Origin: a candidate division FCPU426 bacterium
GTDB taxonomy: Bacteria; Oederibacteriota; PGYV01; Palsa-1178
DNA: 64,000 nt
NCBI GenBank assembly: GCA_963840035.1
Contig: CAWIXE010000001.1
Location: 352,001-416,000, forward strand
Direction of reading: 5' to 3'
Shown: positions 62,790 through 64,000 of the stretch, piece by piece
Layout of the letters: each line of letters starts with the position of its first letter
How positions within the stretch are numbered: the first letter of the stretch is position 1
Program-made: the position numbers and the translations under genes
Notes under the pieces: generated by a model
Database searches by the model: none
What the model saw: only the letters and a program-made list of their open reading frames with translations
Told to the model about the DNA's origin: nothing

Positions 62790-63807
62790 ATTTTTTAAGC
62801 TCCGTTATGACTTTTGAAAGTTCAGGCACGTCAAAGACCTTTTTGCGCGATATTTCATTTGTGACGGATAAGTACATCTGCGAGAGCAGTGTCTTTAATT
62901 CAGGCTCGAGGGGCGGAGGCATAACCTTAACTGTTTTTTTCCAGTCTGAACCGCCGTTCTTTTTTGCCTTTTCAACTTCCGTAAACCAATCAGTCTTCCT
63001 GTAATACCTTCTGGCGAACTCCTTGCTTATATGGAAGCCGTCATACAGGAACCTGCACTCATCGGGCGTGCCGAGCACGTCGACTATCTCTATGTTGCCT
63101 TTGACATCAAGGGCGAACTCAAACTTGCCGTCCACATTTTCTATACCTGCTTTTTTACAGGCCGCGGTTATGACGCCGTCTATTTCAACAACGGTCTTTT
63201 TAAGTTTTTTCATTTTATTGTCATCGAGCCCTGAGATGGCCTTTGCCTCAGGCCACAGGATATAGCGGTCCGTATGTTCGAGTTTTGTGGAAACGTCAAG
63301 GATGGGCTTCTTTAAGGTTTCGTTTACCACAGGCTCGTGGTCATAACCGAGGTCCTTAAAAGTTACCTGGCCGTCCTTTACCCTTTTAAAGACCGACGAA
63401 CCGTCGGTAAGTTTGTTCCTGTAGATTACTTCAAGGGGGATCAGGTAGTTGGCCTGTTTGGTTTTGTAAACATCATAATTGTATTTGTTCGAGGCTTTAT
63501 CATATGAAGGCTTTAATACCCTTACCACCTTCACGCGCATTTTGTTTGACGAGCCGTTCATCTTTGAAAATTTCTTGAGCCTGCCGTCCTCTACAAGGCC
63601 GAGGAAATGGGTCTTGATTCCCTTTTTTTCAAGCTGTTCAAAAAAGAATGAGGAAAGCATGCACAGCGCACTGCCCTTTCTTTCTATTAAGTCCGGCATT
63701 TCTCCCCAGTCAAATACAGAGTACCTGTCTGAGAATACAAATTCGCCTTCTCCCTCAGTCTTTAGGTCTGCCTGCTTGAGAATCTCTACTTCCTTTACGC
63801 TGCCCAT
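62779..63807 (-). CDS. purC: SAICAR synthetase (long type)
   Basis: MGSVK, FSDRYSVFDWG, IPLEVIYRN, STKLE..DR, DGKFEF, D..GTPDECR, SKEF.R. Confidence 0.9.
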   Translation of the reverse strand: MGSVKEVEILKQADLKTEGEGEFVFSDRYSVFDWGEMPDLIERKGSALCMLSSFFFEQLEKKGIKTHFLGLVEDGRLKKFSKMNGSSNKMRVKVVRVLKPSYDKASNKYNYDVYKTKQANYLIPLEVIYRNKLTDGSSVFKRVKDGQVTFKDLGYDHEPVVNETLKKPILDVSTKLEHTDRYILWPEAKAISGLDDNKMKKLKKTVVEIDGVITAACKKAGIENVDGKFEFALDVKGNIEIVDVLGTPDECRFLYDGFHISKEFARRYYRKTDWFTEVEKAKKNGGSDWKKTVKVMPPPLEPELKTLLSQMYLSVTNEISRKKVFDVPELSKVITELKKYDR

Positions 63808-64000
63808 ATGACACCTCATTTTCAATTTTCTATTTTAAATTTTCAATTAAAACCTAAAACATTTTAACAGATTAGCTTAAAAAACGGAAATAAAATATCT
63901 TTGGGGTGATTGTATGGGGGTTTATTATTAAAGGCGTTAAAACGCGGAGATACTATAAAACTAACGGTGTTAGGCCCGTATAACTTATCACAATTCCTTT

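Overview
A 64-kb core-chromosome window from a moderately AT-rich, probably diderm bacterium (GT9 heptosyltransferase and predicted outer-membrane beta-barrels alongside Firmicutes-like gene neighbourhoods; I cannot assign the lineage from sequence alone). It spans the probable replication origin (dnaA flanked by DnaA boxes, ~49.4-51.1 kb). The gene order there is rearranged: dnaA-dnaN-gyrA-[frameshifted pseudo-histidine kinase]-[beta-helix/barrel protein]-dciA(DUF721)-remB-gyrB, with no recF and no rpmH in the window. Other core blocks are rpsU-yqeY-mpg-nif3-yqxD-dnaG-rpoD, lepB-hemW-proA-nadD, ffs-dnaX-ybaB-recR-U32 and purC-...-efp-accB-accC-asp23-amaP-thiD2-thiE-thiC. The most notable items are: (1) a complete phosphatidylinositol-mannoside-like cluster (PIP synthase, ino1, PimA-like GT4) with TWO PatA-like acyltransferases and a PHP phosphoesterase; (2) an EF-P with a non-canonical tip loop (QRPRLAP); (3) a REP-associated tyrosine transposase with several different GTAG-REP families, including a 10-copy ~106-bp BIME-like array; (4) a 7-copy tandem repeat built from telomere-like TAACCC/GGGTTA hexamers; (5) many unrelated heptamer-periodic intergenic elements; (6) candidate recoding signals (an A9 run in dnaX, an ACG start for mpg). 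No CRISPR array, prophage, rRNA or tRNA was recognised. All annotations come from motif recognition by eye, without database searches.
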